Assembly: GCF_009914755.1 (NCBI RefSeq)
Contig: NC_060935.1
DNA: 64,000 bases
DNA from: the human T2T-CHM13v2.0 reference genome, Homo sapiens
Strand: one strand, 5' to 3'
This document shows positions 39,330-51,555 of this stretch, one piece after another. The translations under genes were made by a program, and so were the position numbers. A model generated the notes under the pieces. It had not been told where the DNA came from. It saw only the letters and a program-made list of their open reading frames with translations, and ran no database searches. Every line of letters begins with the position of its first letter. The first letter of the stretch is position 1.

Positions 39330-40297
39330 GTGGATGTTACTGTTTACAAAACTGTAAACATGGCTATATTTCTCCATTATCTGCAATGCTGCGATTTTGG
39401 TTACTCTGCCAATGAGAACAGATGGAGGTGGAATGAGGATACTCCTTATTTAGAGCATCACAGACACCACTGTCGACGACGTTCAGTAGTTTCTCTTGGG
39501 CAGTTTTCAGCTATTTTTGTGGCTTTAACTGATTGGCAGAATTCTGAAGTTGCTTTTTTCCCCTCACATGTCCACTCTTTTATGGAAATAATAAATACAC
39601 TGAGTTGGCCAGGTTTTCACTTACATGAGATTGTGACCGTAACTTAGGGCCTTAGCACCACTCTCAGTTACCATCATTTTGGGTTTCCAGTCTCAGAATG
39701 TCATTCATAGTTTACGGTGTCCTCATGGTCACACATTTCTTTCAGCTGCTGTCATTCCAGTTGAAGAGAGACCATTTGACTTTCTAGAGATGGCTGCACG
39801 CAAACATTTAAAACCTTTGAGAGAATACAGTGCACCAGGGAAATGACCAAGAGTTTAGAGTATGCTCCTTATCCAGGATTCCCATAAACCGAACCACCAA
39901 AAAACAAATAGGTTAAAGAATGAGCTAGCTGAAGTGTCTACTCACTTGACTAAGTAGTATTTTCATTAATCCCCTACAACTGAAATATTGTAATCTACAT
40001 TTGATGTATTTCTCTATAAGCCACAAGTATCAATAGCTGCACAGGTACTTTTCTGTTTAGCCAATTCTATTATTTAGCATAACTTTTACAAGAGAATTTA
40101 AAGTCTGTTGTGTAATGATAGCCTTTAAAGTAGAATTTGCTGTAGAACCTATTATGAGTGAGACATTTCTGAATATTGCCTCTTTTATTCTAAACCATGG
40201 AAAAAGAGCCTAACAAATGATGTCCTTCTAGAAGACTGAAGGCCTCCTGGCAATGTTCTCTTTAATCCAGGATGTGGGTTAAGAGTTTTGACTGATT

Positions 40298-40606
<309 letters not shown>

Positions 40607-40949
40607 AAGAGTTTTGACTGATTATGAGGCAACGTACGTACTACTAAAGTTTCTCACCTACATTGGGCCTTTATCTTTTATCTATTAAAGCATAAGGTTA
40701 TTCATTTATAAGGCTGGCTGCAAAATCCTTCACAAATGAAAGTATACCCTATAAGTGCACTTAATAGGCCCCCTTTTAATTTCTATTGTTCATAGTGGCA
40801 TAAACAAGGAAAAAATATTCAAAGATAAGAGTCTCGTGAGAGTAGAAGCCTTGATCTGTGATCTTGGGAAAAGTTGTTCACATCAAGGATGTCATCTTTT
40901 TCTGGGGAGAAGCTTTCCTGGTTAGTTTTACCTTAAGGGTTCCGATGGG

Positions 40950-41350
40950 TGTACAGTTCCAGGAGTATGGAGGCACCCTTCTCAGCTGTGAGATTATAAA
41001 CCCAAGGTTCAAAGCTAACAAATTTTGCTGTAGTGTGAATGGCAGAGATAGTCTTTCTCTGATGTTCTCAGAAGATCCAATCTTCAGGTTCTAGATTGTG
41101 AAGAGATTATCCTCAGTAAGCCATAAAAAAGCTTTCTTTACCTGGTGAAAATACACTGTAGCATAATAATCTACTTTTATAATACCAGCTCTCTTGCATG
41201 GAAAAGCTGTTATACAACCAAAAAGCATGCACTGCAAATGACAATTGAATAAAATCTCTTTATAAATATTTAAATGGCTCATCAGGTAGCCAAATGTACC
41301 TGAAGCTTTGATTGTCTTCCCAGGAATATGGAACCAAACATTGGTTTTAG
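40950..41350 (-). pseudogene. Degenerate retroviral integrase (pol) remnant
   Basis: Translation HIPGKTIKASG...CMLFGCITAFPCKRA resembles the gammaretroviral IN motif (D..SGW.EAFP); downstream NLEPEDWIF resembles the IN C-terminal GD.V motif; stops, frameshifts and deletions present. Confidence 0.6.
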
Positions 41351-41661
41351 GGTGGAGCCCTTGGAAAAACAGGGCCAGGAAAGTGGTTTCTGGTGCCTCC
41401 TGTTTTTCCCAGGGAGTCCAGGCTATTAGAGCTTGAATATCCACTTTTAATTAAGCTGGTTTTTAACCATAGTACTCTTTAATGAAGTCCTTTTAAAATT
41501 TCTTATTACCCGATTTTAGCCAGGCCAAAAAGCCAATATTTCTGGCTTTTGAATTTTACCAAAGGTAACCTCCCAGGTGCCCAGAGAAAGGAAAATTTAA
41601 GATAGTGAATGGAGGAGAGACTAGACAAGGTTATGCAGATATTAAACCAAGAAGGGCTTAC

Positions 41662-41727
41662 TTCCTAGGTGGGGAATTGAACCATCAGTGTGAAAGGCCA
41701 AAGTCTTAGCTACTGAGCTATAGCACA
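41662..41727 (-). pseudogene. tRNA-Glu(TTC)-like relic inside the provirus
   Basis: Minus strand TAGCTCAGTAG (A box), CTTTCAC (anticodon loop), GGTTCAATTCC (B box), terminal GGAA; stems decayed. Confidence 0.6.
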
Positions 41728-42853
41728 GGGCAGTCTCTATTGTCCTTCCCAGAAGGAGTCTAGAGTAGTTAAATTTGAACTTGCAAACGCTTTTAACTAC
41801 TCAAGATAATTTTTAGAGCTAACTATGACATAAACCCTAACATTTCTGTTCCCTGGCAGGTGAAGACTAATAGAAAATACTGCCACATGGTTACAAGGTC
41901 AAGCTCCCAAGGACATAAAACAAGAGGGAGGAAGGCAAAATGATCAGGGAAGCCAGAGAAAGACCCATCCATTGAAGCGACACTGAAAAGTTCAGGTAGC
42001 TGCTTCTCAGTAGCAAAGGGGTCTTTCCCAGCAGTCCCATCATCTCTCAAGTTTCCCCTTTTAGGGAGGAAAAGGCTCCCCATGGTCAGCGATCCTGTAC
42101 ATCCCTAATCCTGTCACCCACAGCCATCAGCACAGAGTGCAAGGCAGATTAATCCAAAGAGAAGAGCAGATGACATGCTGTAGTGCCAAACCCATTCTTG
42201 GCCAAGAGGGACTTTTACCAAGAGCCCTCATTTTTAAAATGTACTTCAATGGATTGTTGTTCACTTGGAACATTCCACTGTAAGTTATCATTAGTAAGTT
42301 TTTGCCATTTCTGTAAGACTTCACTGCCTTCCGGGCCTAATGAATAAACCAGAAGGAACTCAGTTTTCTAGAAACTAAGGATCCCATTTTTACCTAAAAT
42401 ACTGGCTTCGATCTCAGGTTCTCTTGATTAACCTGGCCAATGATTTTTCATACCTCAGCATGCAAGAAAAATGAAACAAAGGGGTAAAACACAAAAATCC
42501 CTGGGAATTTTCAAAAGACAAATTTTATAACCCCTGCAATATTAGCGCTTACTACCAGTTTCTTTCTCTCCCAGTCAGATGTAAGAGGTCTCTAACTGGA
42601 TCCAAGCCAGTTCATTCCTGTATCAAATCCATTCCTGGACCCAGTCCAGTTTCTGTTGCGACTCCAAACCCAGTTTGGATCAGAAATTTGCTCAAAGAAA
42701 CTCGGAGAACTCAAAACACAAATCCGTGGAGCTCAGAAATCTGAGAGGGAGCTTATCCATGATCTCCAGCTGCTCTGAGAGATTAAAGGACCCAAGTGGG
42801 CCCTGTAGGTACCTTGCGTGTTCACTCAGTGCTCCTAGGGGTCGCTAGAAGCT

Positions 42854-42868
42854 CCACTTCTGGTACCA
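42854..42868 (-). promoter_or_regulatory. Primer binding site, tRNA-Leu(UAA)
   Basis: TGGTACCAGAAGTGG begins 2 nt after the LTR end; complementary to the tRNA-Leu(UAA) 3' end CCACUUCUGGUACCA. Confidence 0.85.
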
Positions 42869-42870
42869 TC

Positions 42871-43298
42871 TGATAAAAGAAAAACTTCAGAATTAATTTA
42901 AAGGAGTTTAATTGAGCAATGAATGATTCGCGAATTGGGCAGCCCCCAGAATCACAGCAGATTCACAGAGACTCCAGGGGTGCCTCGTGGTCAGAACAAA
43001 TTTATAGACAAAAAAGGTAAAATGACATACAGGAATAGGAAGTGAGGTACAGAAATAGCGAGACTGATTACAGCTTGGCTTTTGCCTTATTTGAACGCAG
43101 TTTAAACATTCTGCAGTCTGTGAGTGGTTGAAGTATGGCCACTGGGATTGGTCGACACTCAGCCACTGTTAACAGGTGCATACTATTAAGATAGGTTTTC
43201 GCATTTGTCTGGCTATTAAGCTAGGTTACAGTTTAACCACAAGGACTCAAATATAGAAATACGGAATCTTTTTAGGCCATATTTAGTTTGTTTTAACA
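42871..43298 (-). mobile_element. MER57 (A1-like) 5' LTR
   Basis: Minus strand TGTTAAAACAAACTAAATATGGCC...TCTATAAATTTG (TATA)...ATTAAA...TTTTATCA; TG/CA termini. Confidence 0.88.
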
Positions 43299-43356
43299 GA
43301 TGGAAGAATCTGATACCAAAGTTGTTATAATATATTATCTAAAATGTCCAGTTTTC

Positions 43357-43799
43357 TGGCAGAGCAGGAACATCACCATCTCAGATAGGCACTGCCATTT
43401 TAAGTTCCCCTTGATTAAAAACTGCCTAAATCCAGCCCAAAAAACATCACCCTAATGGCTAATGTCAGCATAATCATAAACCTCAAAAGACACCTCTGAC
43501 CAGAAACATTCCAACCCTGAGATAAACCCCCCTCCAACCAGAGACATGCCAGCCCCTAGGTAACTTCCCCTCCAACCAGAGACATTCCAACCCTGCAATA
43601 AAACTCTCCTCCACACAAAAACATTTTGAGCCTGTGAAAAGCTCTCTTCCTAAACCCTTAAATACCCTTAATCTGTAAGAGAGAATGCTCCTGACCAAAA
43701 TCAGCCAGAAGCCCCTCTTGGGTTTATTCTCCAAAATAAACCTGTCTTTGAATTGTTGATCTGCTTTTCGTGTTTCTTTTTTCTATCTTCAACTTCACA
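43357..43799 (+). mobile_element. ERV1 solo LTR (LTR19-like)
   Basis: TG...CA termini with 5-bp TSD TTTTC (43352-43356, 43800-43804); internal ccagagacattccaaccc repeats; ttaaata TATA-like and aataaa. Confidence 0.88.
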
Positions 43800-44280
43800 T
43801 TTTCAATAACAACATAAACAAAATACAAGACATACCAAAAAATAAAGGAAAATATACCACATATACAGAAAGAAAAGTACAGCCAACGGAAAACATACCT
43901 TAGAGGGTACAGATATTGGTCTTACTAGACAAAAGACTTTAAATCAGCTGTACTAATTATGTTCAAAGAACTAAAAGAAATTATGTATTATGAATAAAAA
44001 TAATACATGATAACAGTGTCTCAACAAATAGAGAATAATAGTAAAGGAACAGAAGTTATAAAAAGGAACCAAATAAAAATTATAAAGTTGGCAAGTATAT
44101 TAACAAAAAAAATTACTGGAAGGGCTCAAAACAGATTTGAACTGGCAAAAGGAAGAATTGAAGAATTGTGAACTTAGAGGTAAACCAATAGTGGTTATCC
44201 AGTCTAAGAAACAAACCAAAAAAAGGAAGTAAAGAAAAATAAACAGAGTCTCAAAGACATGTGGAATGGTCTCCAATGTC

Positions 44281-45285
44281 ACTTATTGCCCATTGTATAC
44301 CCATATATGTCCATTGTTTAGCTTCCACATATAAGTGAGAAAATGTGGTATTTGATTTTCTGTTTCTGAGTTATTTCACTAGGAGTGATGGTCCCCAACT
44401 CAATCCATGTTGCCGCAAAAGACATGATTTCATACTTTTTATGGCTGCATAGTATTCCATAGTGTGCGCATGTGTGTGTGTTTCACATTTTTTTAATCCA
44501 ATCACCTGTTTAGGGACATATCATGTGACTGCTATTTGAAATAGTGCTGTGAGAAACATACAAGTGTAGGTGTCTTTTTTATATAATGTTTTCTTTCCCT
44601 TCAGATAGATATACAGTAATGGGATTACTTGATCTAGTGATAGTTCTATTTTTAGTTCTTTGAGAAATCTCCATACTGTCTCCATAGAAGTTGTACTAAT
44701 TTACATTTCTACCAACAGTGTATAAGCATTGCCTTTTCTCTGCATCCTTGCCAACATTTGTTATTTTTTGACTTTTTAATAATAGTTATTCTGACAGGTT
44801 GACGCCTTTTATTTCTTTTTCTTGCCTGATTGTTGTGGCCAGGACTTCCAATTCTATGTTGAATAGGAGTGGTGAAAATGGCGTCCTTGCCTTGTTCCAC
44901 TTCTTAGGGGGAATGTTTTCAGCTCTTCCCCCATTGACTATGATGTTGTCAGTAGGTTTGTCATATATGATTTTTATTATTTTGAAATACGTTTCTTCTC
45001 ATGCCTTGTTTGTTGATAATTTTTATCATGAGAGATGCTGTATTTTATCTAATGCTTTTTTTAATCTATCGAGGTGACCATATGATTTTCATTTTTATTC
45101 TGTTCATGTGGTGAATTACATTTATTGTTTTGTATATGTTGAACCATCCTTGCATACCTGGAATAAACCCATTTGATCATGGTGTATTATTTGTTTGATA
45201 TCCTGTTGAATTTAGTTTGCTTGTATTTTGTTGAGGATATTTGTATCTATGTTCATCAGGATATTTGCCTGTAGTTTCTTTTCAA
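44281..45285 (-). mobile_element. L1PA/L1PB fragment with large internal deletion
   Basis: 3'-region motifs (tttagcttccacatataagtgaga, atccatgttgccgcaaaagacatg) joined at ~44798 directly to RT-region motifs (ggccaggacttccaattctatgttgaataggagtggtga). Confidence 0.88.
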
Positions 45286-47207
45286 TGTGTTAAAAGAAAG
45301 ACTATCGATCAAAAATTTTGTATTCAGCCATGCTCTCTTTTAAAAATAAGAGAGGAATTATGATATCTCTGGGTTTAAAACAAACTACTGAAAGAATTAA
45401 TCACCAGCAGATCTGCCCTACAAAAATAGTAAAGAGAATCTTTCAGGCTGACATGAAACAGCAGTAGATGGTAACAGAAGTACATATGAAGAAACAAAAA
45501 GGGCAGGTAAAAGTAACAATAAAGAGATCATAAAAGACAGTGTAAACTTGTAAAACATGATGCTTTCATCTTCCTGTCTATTCAAAAAGACAATTTCATA
45601 AAATAATAATTGTAACATTATTGTGTAGAAGGGGTTATAATATATAAAAATATAATTTTTATGGCCCTAATAGTAAAAGTGGGGAGCAGTACCTAAGGTA
45701 TATTGGAGTGATTATTTGGTATACTATTGATATTAAGTTGGTATTAATCCAAATTGGATTGCACTGAGATGTTAATTATAACTCCTAGCACAGACACTAT
45801 TAAACTAACTCAAAAAATACAGTAAAATATTAAAAGAGAAACACTGGAAGTATATATTTGACACAAAAGTAGGCAAGAATCTAAGAACAGAAATAATAAT
45901 ACACATAGAAAACAAGTAGCAAAATGGCAGATTCAAATCCTACGTTATGAATTATAACATTAAATGTAAAAATGAGTTAAATACCCCAAAGAGCAGAGAT
46001 TGACTGAACTGAAAAAAAAAGATTAAAAAAAGGTCCAAGATTTACAAGAGAGATACACTTTAGATTCAAAGACACAAATAGATCAACTGTAAAATCATAG
46101 TAGATATGCCCATTTAAGATATAATCAAGAGAACTGGAATGGCTATACGAAGATCAGACTGAATTAATTATAAGACAAATATTGTTACTGGAGACAAGAG
46201 GGGCATTGTATTATAAAAATAGTATCAATTCATCAGGAAGATATGATCATTATAAGTATTTATGCATCTGACAACAGGGTCTCAAAATACCTGAAGCAAA
46301 AACTGGAAGAATTGAAAGAAAACATAGACAATGAAAAAATAGCTGGAGAACATAACCCCATTTTTAATAATGTATAGAACCTCTAGGCAGAAGAGAAACA
46401 AGAAAGTAGAAGACATGTACAATTCTATAAACCAATTAGTCTACACATTTATAGAACATTCTACCCAATAACAGAAAAAATGTGCACTCTTCTTAATGTA
46501 CATGAAACTTCTAGATAGACCGTAAGTTAGGCCACGTGACAATCGTAAATAAGTTTAAAATGATTGGTAGCATGTAAAGTATGGACTCAAAACACAATGT
46601 AATTAAATTAAATATGAAAAAGAGAAGAGAGTTTTAAAAATTGAATATTTGAAAATAAAAAACACACTACTAAAAAAACCCGTGGGCCAAAGACAAAAAG
46701 CTTCAGTAGGAGTTATAAAATACTTTGAAATGAGGGAAAAGAAAAACACAATATGTCAAAACTTGTCGGATACATTTGTAGCAGTTTGTAGAGAGAAATT
46801 CATAGTTATAAATTTCTATATTAAAAAAGATGAAAGATCTCAAATAAATAATCTTCCAACTTAAAAGAAAAAGAAGAGCAAGCTAAGTTAAAAGCAAGCA
46901 AAAGGAAAAAAAGAATAAATATTAAAGCTGAAAAGTAAGAAACAGGAAATATAAAAACAATAGTGAAAAGTCAATGAAACCAAAAGTTGGTTTGATGAAA
47001 AGATCAACAAGATGGGCAAATATTTAGCTAAAATGACCAAGATAAAAATAAAGAAAACACAATTTAATGAAATCATTAATGAAAGAAAGTCATCATTTCT
47101 GACCTTATAGAAATAAAAAGATAAGAAAATACTATTTACAATTGTATACTAAAAATTAGATAACTTAGAGGAAGAAATGGAAAGTGACTACTAAATGGTA
47201 TGCTGTT

Positions 47208-47360
47208 TATATTTTTATTGATACATAATACATATGCATATTTTCAGGATACATGTGATAATTTAATACCTTCATATCATTTGTGAGGGTCCAATCAGTG
47301 TAAATGGTACATCCACCACTTAAATAATTGTCTTTTCTGTATGCTAGAAACATTAAAAAT
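47208..47360 (-). mobile_element. L1MA 3' end fragment
   Basis: tttttattgatacataata...ggatacatgtgataatttaatac...aatcagtgtaa. Confidence 0.7.
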
Positions 47361-50300
47361 TTTCTAAATTTAGTTTGTGGTAACTTTGCAAGCCTTAATA
47401 CATTGAAAATGAGGGAACTGCATGCTTTAAATGGGTGAATATTATGGTGGTATGTGAAATATATCTCAATGAAGATTTAGAAAACAACAACTATTAATCC
47501 TATACTTGAGAATTCTATCAAAAATGAGAAATATTGAAAAGGTTATCTTTGGTGTTTAGAAGTTTCTCAAAATGGAATGGAACACTAGACTTCACTAATA
47601 TTATTTAATATTAAGTAAATATTAATATTTAATATAGCTTATACATATATTAGTTATACTTGAAGAAACAGGTATACAACATTGCATGTACATATACCTG
47701 CAATCTATAAATATTTTTCAGGAGATTTCATAGCTCTTAGGAGATAAAACACACAAAATTATATAAATAACTAGTCATTATTCATGTTTTTGCAGTGACA
47801 TGAACCATAAAGTTTTATGCATCCAGTGCATGTGTATTTATATATATTTATTCACTAGAATCCAATTGACCTTGTATTACAGCCCATATGCATTAAGATG
47901 CTTATCGATTTTAGAAGACAGTTAATTTCTAAATGTTAGGAAAATGTTATTATACTATATGCATATGTTGAAATATCTGGTATGCTCATAATTTTTGTAA
48001 GCGCTTAACTCACTATTTAAAAAATGTTCTGAACAGATAGTGTTGCAATATAAAATACTAAACTTAGAACACATGATTTTAAATAGTAGATGACTGTACA
48101 ATTATTAATTAGTATTACAGATTTGAGACACATTTATCTTCAAACCAATTTAATGCAAATTAGAGCAAATGATTACATGGCAGCATAATTATATCTAGCT
48201 TGTGACCTACCAAAGATAGGAAATGGCACACGAGATTAAAACTGGAGGAAAGAAATAGAAAATCTTGACCCAAACTAATATCTCTGTAGTTCAATTACAT
48301 GCTACTAAACACTGGCTGTACCCTCTGCTTTCTTTAGCTGAAAACACCAGTGCTGTGTTCCCTCCAGTGATCTGTATTCAAGTACTTGAGAATTTCTCAT
48401 CAGTACTAGTGATTCTCACTCTGGGGGTGAGCCACATTTTCACATTTTCTTTGGTGATTGCATAAGAATGCCTATGGTTGATATTTAAAGTTCTAAAAAG
48501 TTAACAGGGCTGTCAGTACTTATGTTGAGGACATCACCTCATTCCCACCTGCATAATTTCTTCTTTGAAGATTATATTAATCCTTTAGTAACACCATAGT
48601 GTCTAATAAGCAACATATTTGTGGAGGCCTAAAAAATGGTTTGAATAATCTCCTCAGCATGGCCTTCATCTGGGGGTGGTCCTTCAGAAGTTTCTTCCAT
48701 GTTAATGTCTGTCTCAACACCAAGTCCTTTGTCTTCATGTACCTTGTTGTTGGGAAGTCACGACACCTAAAATGATTTCAAGCTAAATGACAGTTTTTCT
48801 TGATCTGGGAGAATAAATGACGAGAGCAAAGCTAAGCCTGAGAAATTTGTGAAATATATTATGTTTGTCTTTGAAGTGCCCTAACGTTCTTCACACAGGA
48901 CCTCTCTCATTGTTCCTGCCTGGTAATCTAATGCCCCCACCAAACACTATAAATGGACTGATCTTTCCAAACCTACTTTACCTTAAACAGTCTCATATTA
49001 CAGAGTTACTTCTCATCTCCTATAGATCCTTCCATCAAAAAAATATATATTTCCTTAGTACACTTTGTGTAAGGAAAATAATCTGATTAAAATCATTCAC
49101 ATATAAATCAATTTGTCTTAGTACTCCATTTGACGGGACAAAGAAGTTGACATTTCTTTAAGTGAATGAATCAGGTCTAATACCAAACTCCTTGCAAAAA
49201 TGTTCTCCCTCCTCTGTATTCTGGAGAGAATCTAAGAGTTATTCTGGTAATAATTCAAATTTTCAAGGTATTGTTTACAAATCTGGATGCAGTTCACTCA
49301 CAATAAAATTTTTAAACTCACACTCACTACCTTGGGTTTGAAAATGGCTCAACCACCATCATCACAGAAATGCTTTGAAATACGTTTCAGTGTTGTGCTT
49401 TTAGATGGTAAATTCCTTGATGTCCAGTGAGATTAAACAAATTGTTTGCCGCAATTCTTACTGTGAAACAATCAATAACTTCACTCCTGAAGTATGGTCA
49501 TCTCTATTGTGAGGTTCACAAGGCCTTTGCCCACAGAAAGAATTGAGAAATCAATTTTGACTCCCTACGAGTTGTGACTTTGTCTCTACTTGACTAAATA
49601 AATAAGTAGATCAAGTGGAAAAGAAAGAGGATGTCATGCTCAGCAAAGGTTACTAATAGATATATCTGTTAGCCCACAGATCTGGGGTAATGATATTTTA
49701 GATATTACTTGACTTTCCCATGCCTATCCAGTAACCCTTAAGAATACCCTCTTTACAGAACAATGTCAAAGTGGTTGATTTAGAAGAAATTTCCAACCAT
49801 AAGCATTCCAGAATGAGGGAAGTACATCACTCTAGGAGCAAGCAAACTGTGTTACCCTCAGACAAAAGCAAAATAAAACACAGCAATTAGAACACTGCCT
49901 TAATAAGGGCTTTGTCTCTCTGAATGAATTATGAGATAAAAAAGAATACATGAATAAATCACTCAGTAAAGTGTAAAGTGTCATGGGAAAAATAGGTACT
50001 CTATTCCTAGTATATTCTAACAGAAGAGATGCTTGTTAACATCTGTTTGAGTTTCACAAACAGCAAAAGCTGGCAATCTGTAAAGTTTTAATTAAATAAA
50101 GCAAAAAGAATTTGTCACTTGGTAAAGTTTCTGGGAAATTGATGCTTAAAATGTATCAAAATAAGGAATGAAATTTCTAGGTCAGTTTTTTCTTTGATGT
50201 GATATATTAAAAATGTCCTACCTTTAGGCTTTTTATATACGGTCTTTCAGATAACTGCAAAAAAACAATTTTTCTCTGTAAAATAAATGGGCAATTTAAC

Positions 50301-50397
50301 AATCCACAGCAATGTTAGTGCTAGTCAGAATTGCCATTTTAGCATTTATATAATAAGAAGAAAAGTGTGCAGCTCTGTTTTTTGTTTGAGAGTTTTA

Positions 50398-50802
<405 letters not shown>

Positions 50803-50899
50803 CTACCAAATTTTTCAGGAAACTATGTAACTTAAGTAATATAGTGGAGAGCTGTCCTTTAGGACTTTAAGATAAGCAAAATGATATTAAGCTTTGTAA

Positions 50900-51200
50900 C
50901 ACAGTAGAAGAACTGGATCCAAGTGTCAGACAATTGGTTTAAAATCCAAGGTGTGACATTTATTATCTCTGGACATTGGGGAATTTACTTATCAAATAGG
51001 AGCTTCATTTTTCTCATTTGTAGAATAATACTTATCTTTTAGGGTTATTGTGCATTCACACAAAAAAATGAGATAGTGGACAAAAAAAGTTGTAATTATG
51101 TAAGGCGTATAGACAAGGTAAATAAAAGGTAAATATGAGATATGTAAATGAGGTAAAGAAAATAAAATACCTACCATAGTGCCCAATAACTTCAATTAGC
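50900..51200 (+). mobile_element. MIR SINE
   Basis: gtcagacaattggtttaaaatcc...gcttcatttttctcatttgtagaata...tagggttattgtg. Confidence 0.6.
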
Positions 51201-51320
51201 TCACACTGTAGATATTTCCAATATAGATTATATATTGTTTCAGAGTTTGAATTGTTAATATGAATTTCTCTAACTTTTAGATATAAATTAAACAAAAATC
51301 CTTAATCTCTTTTTTAACTA

Positions 51321-51555
<235 letters not shown>

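Larger units (their letters stand above)
43299..47490 (+). mobile_element. Old L1M (MB/MC-like): 5' region, ORF1, ORF2 endonuclease, internal deletion, 3' end; host of later insertions
   Basis: aaaatgtccagttttc...; ORF1-like aaagactttaaatcagct; ORF2 start region ataacattaaatgtaaa near 45955; 3' end tttaaatgggtgaat...gtatgtgaaatatatctcaat. Confidence 0.85.

Noticed and set aside
41662-41727. Functional tRNA gene
   Set aside because: Acceptor and anticodon stems do not pair and the variable/T-arm region is shortened; kept only as a relic.
42926-42935. Palindrome ATTCGCGAAT
   Set aside because: As I recall it, a standard part of the MER57 LTR consensus rather than locus-specific.
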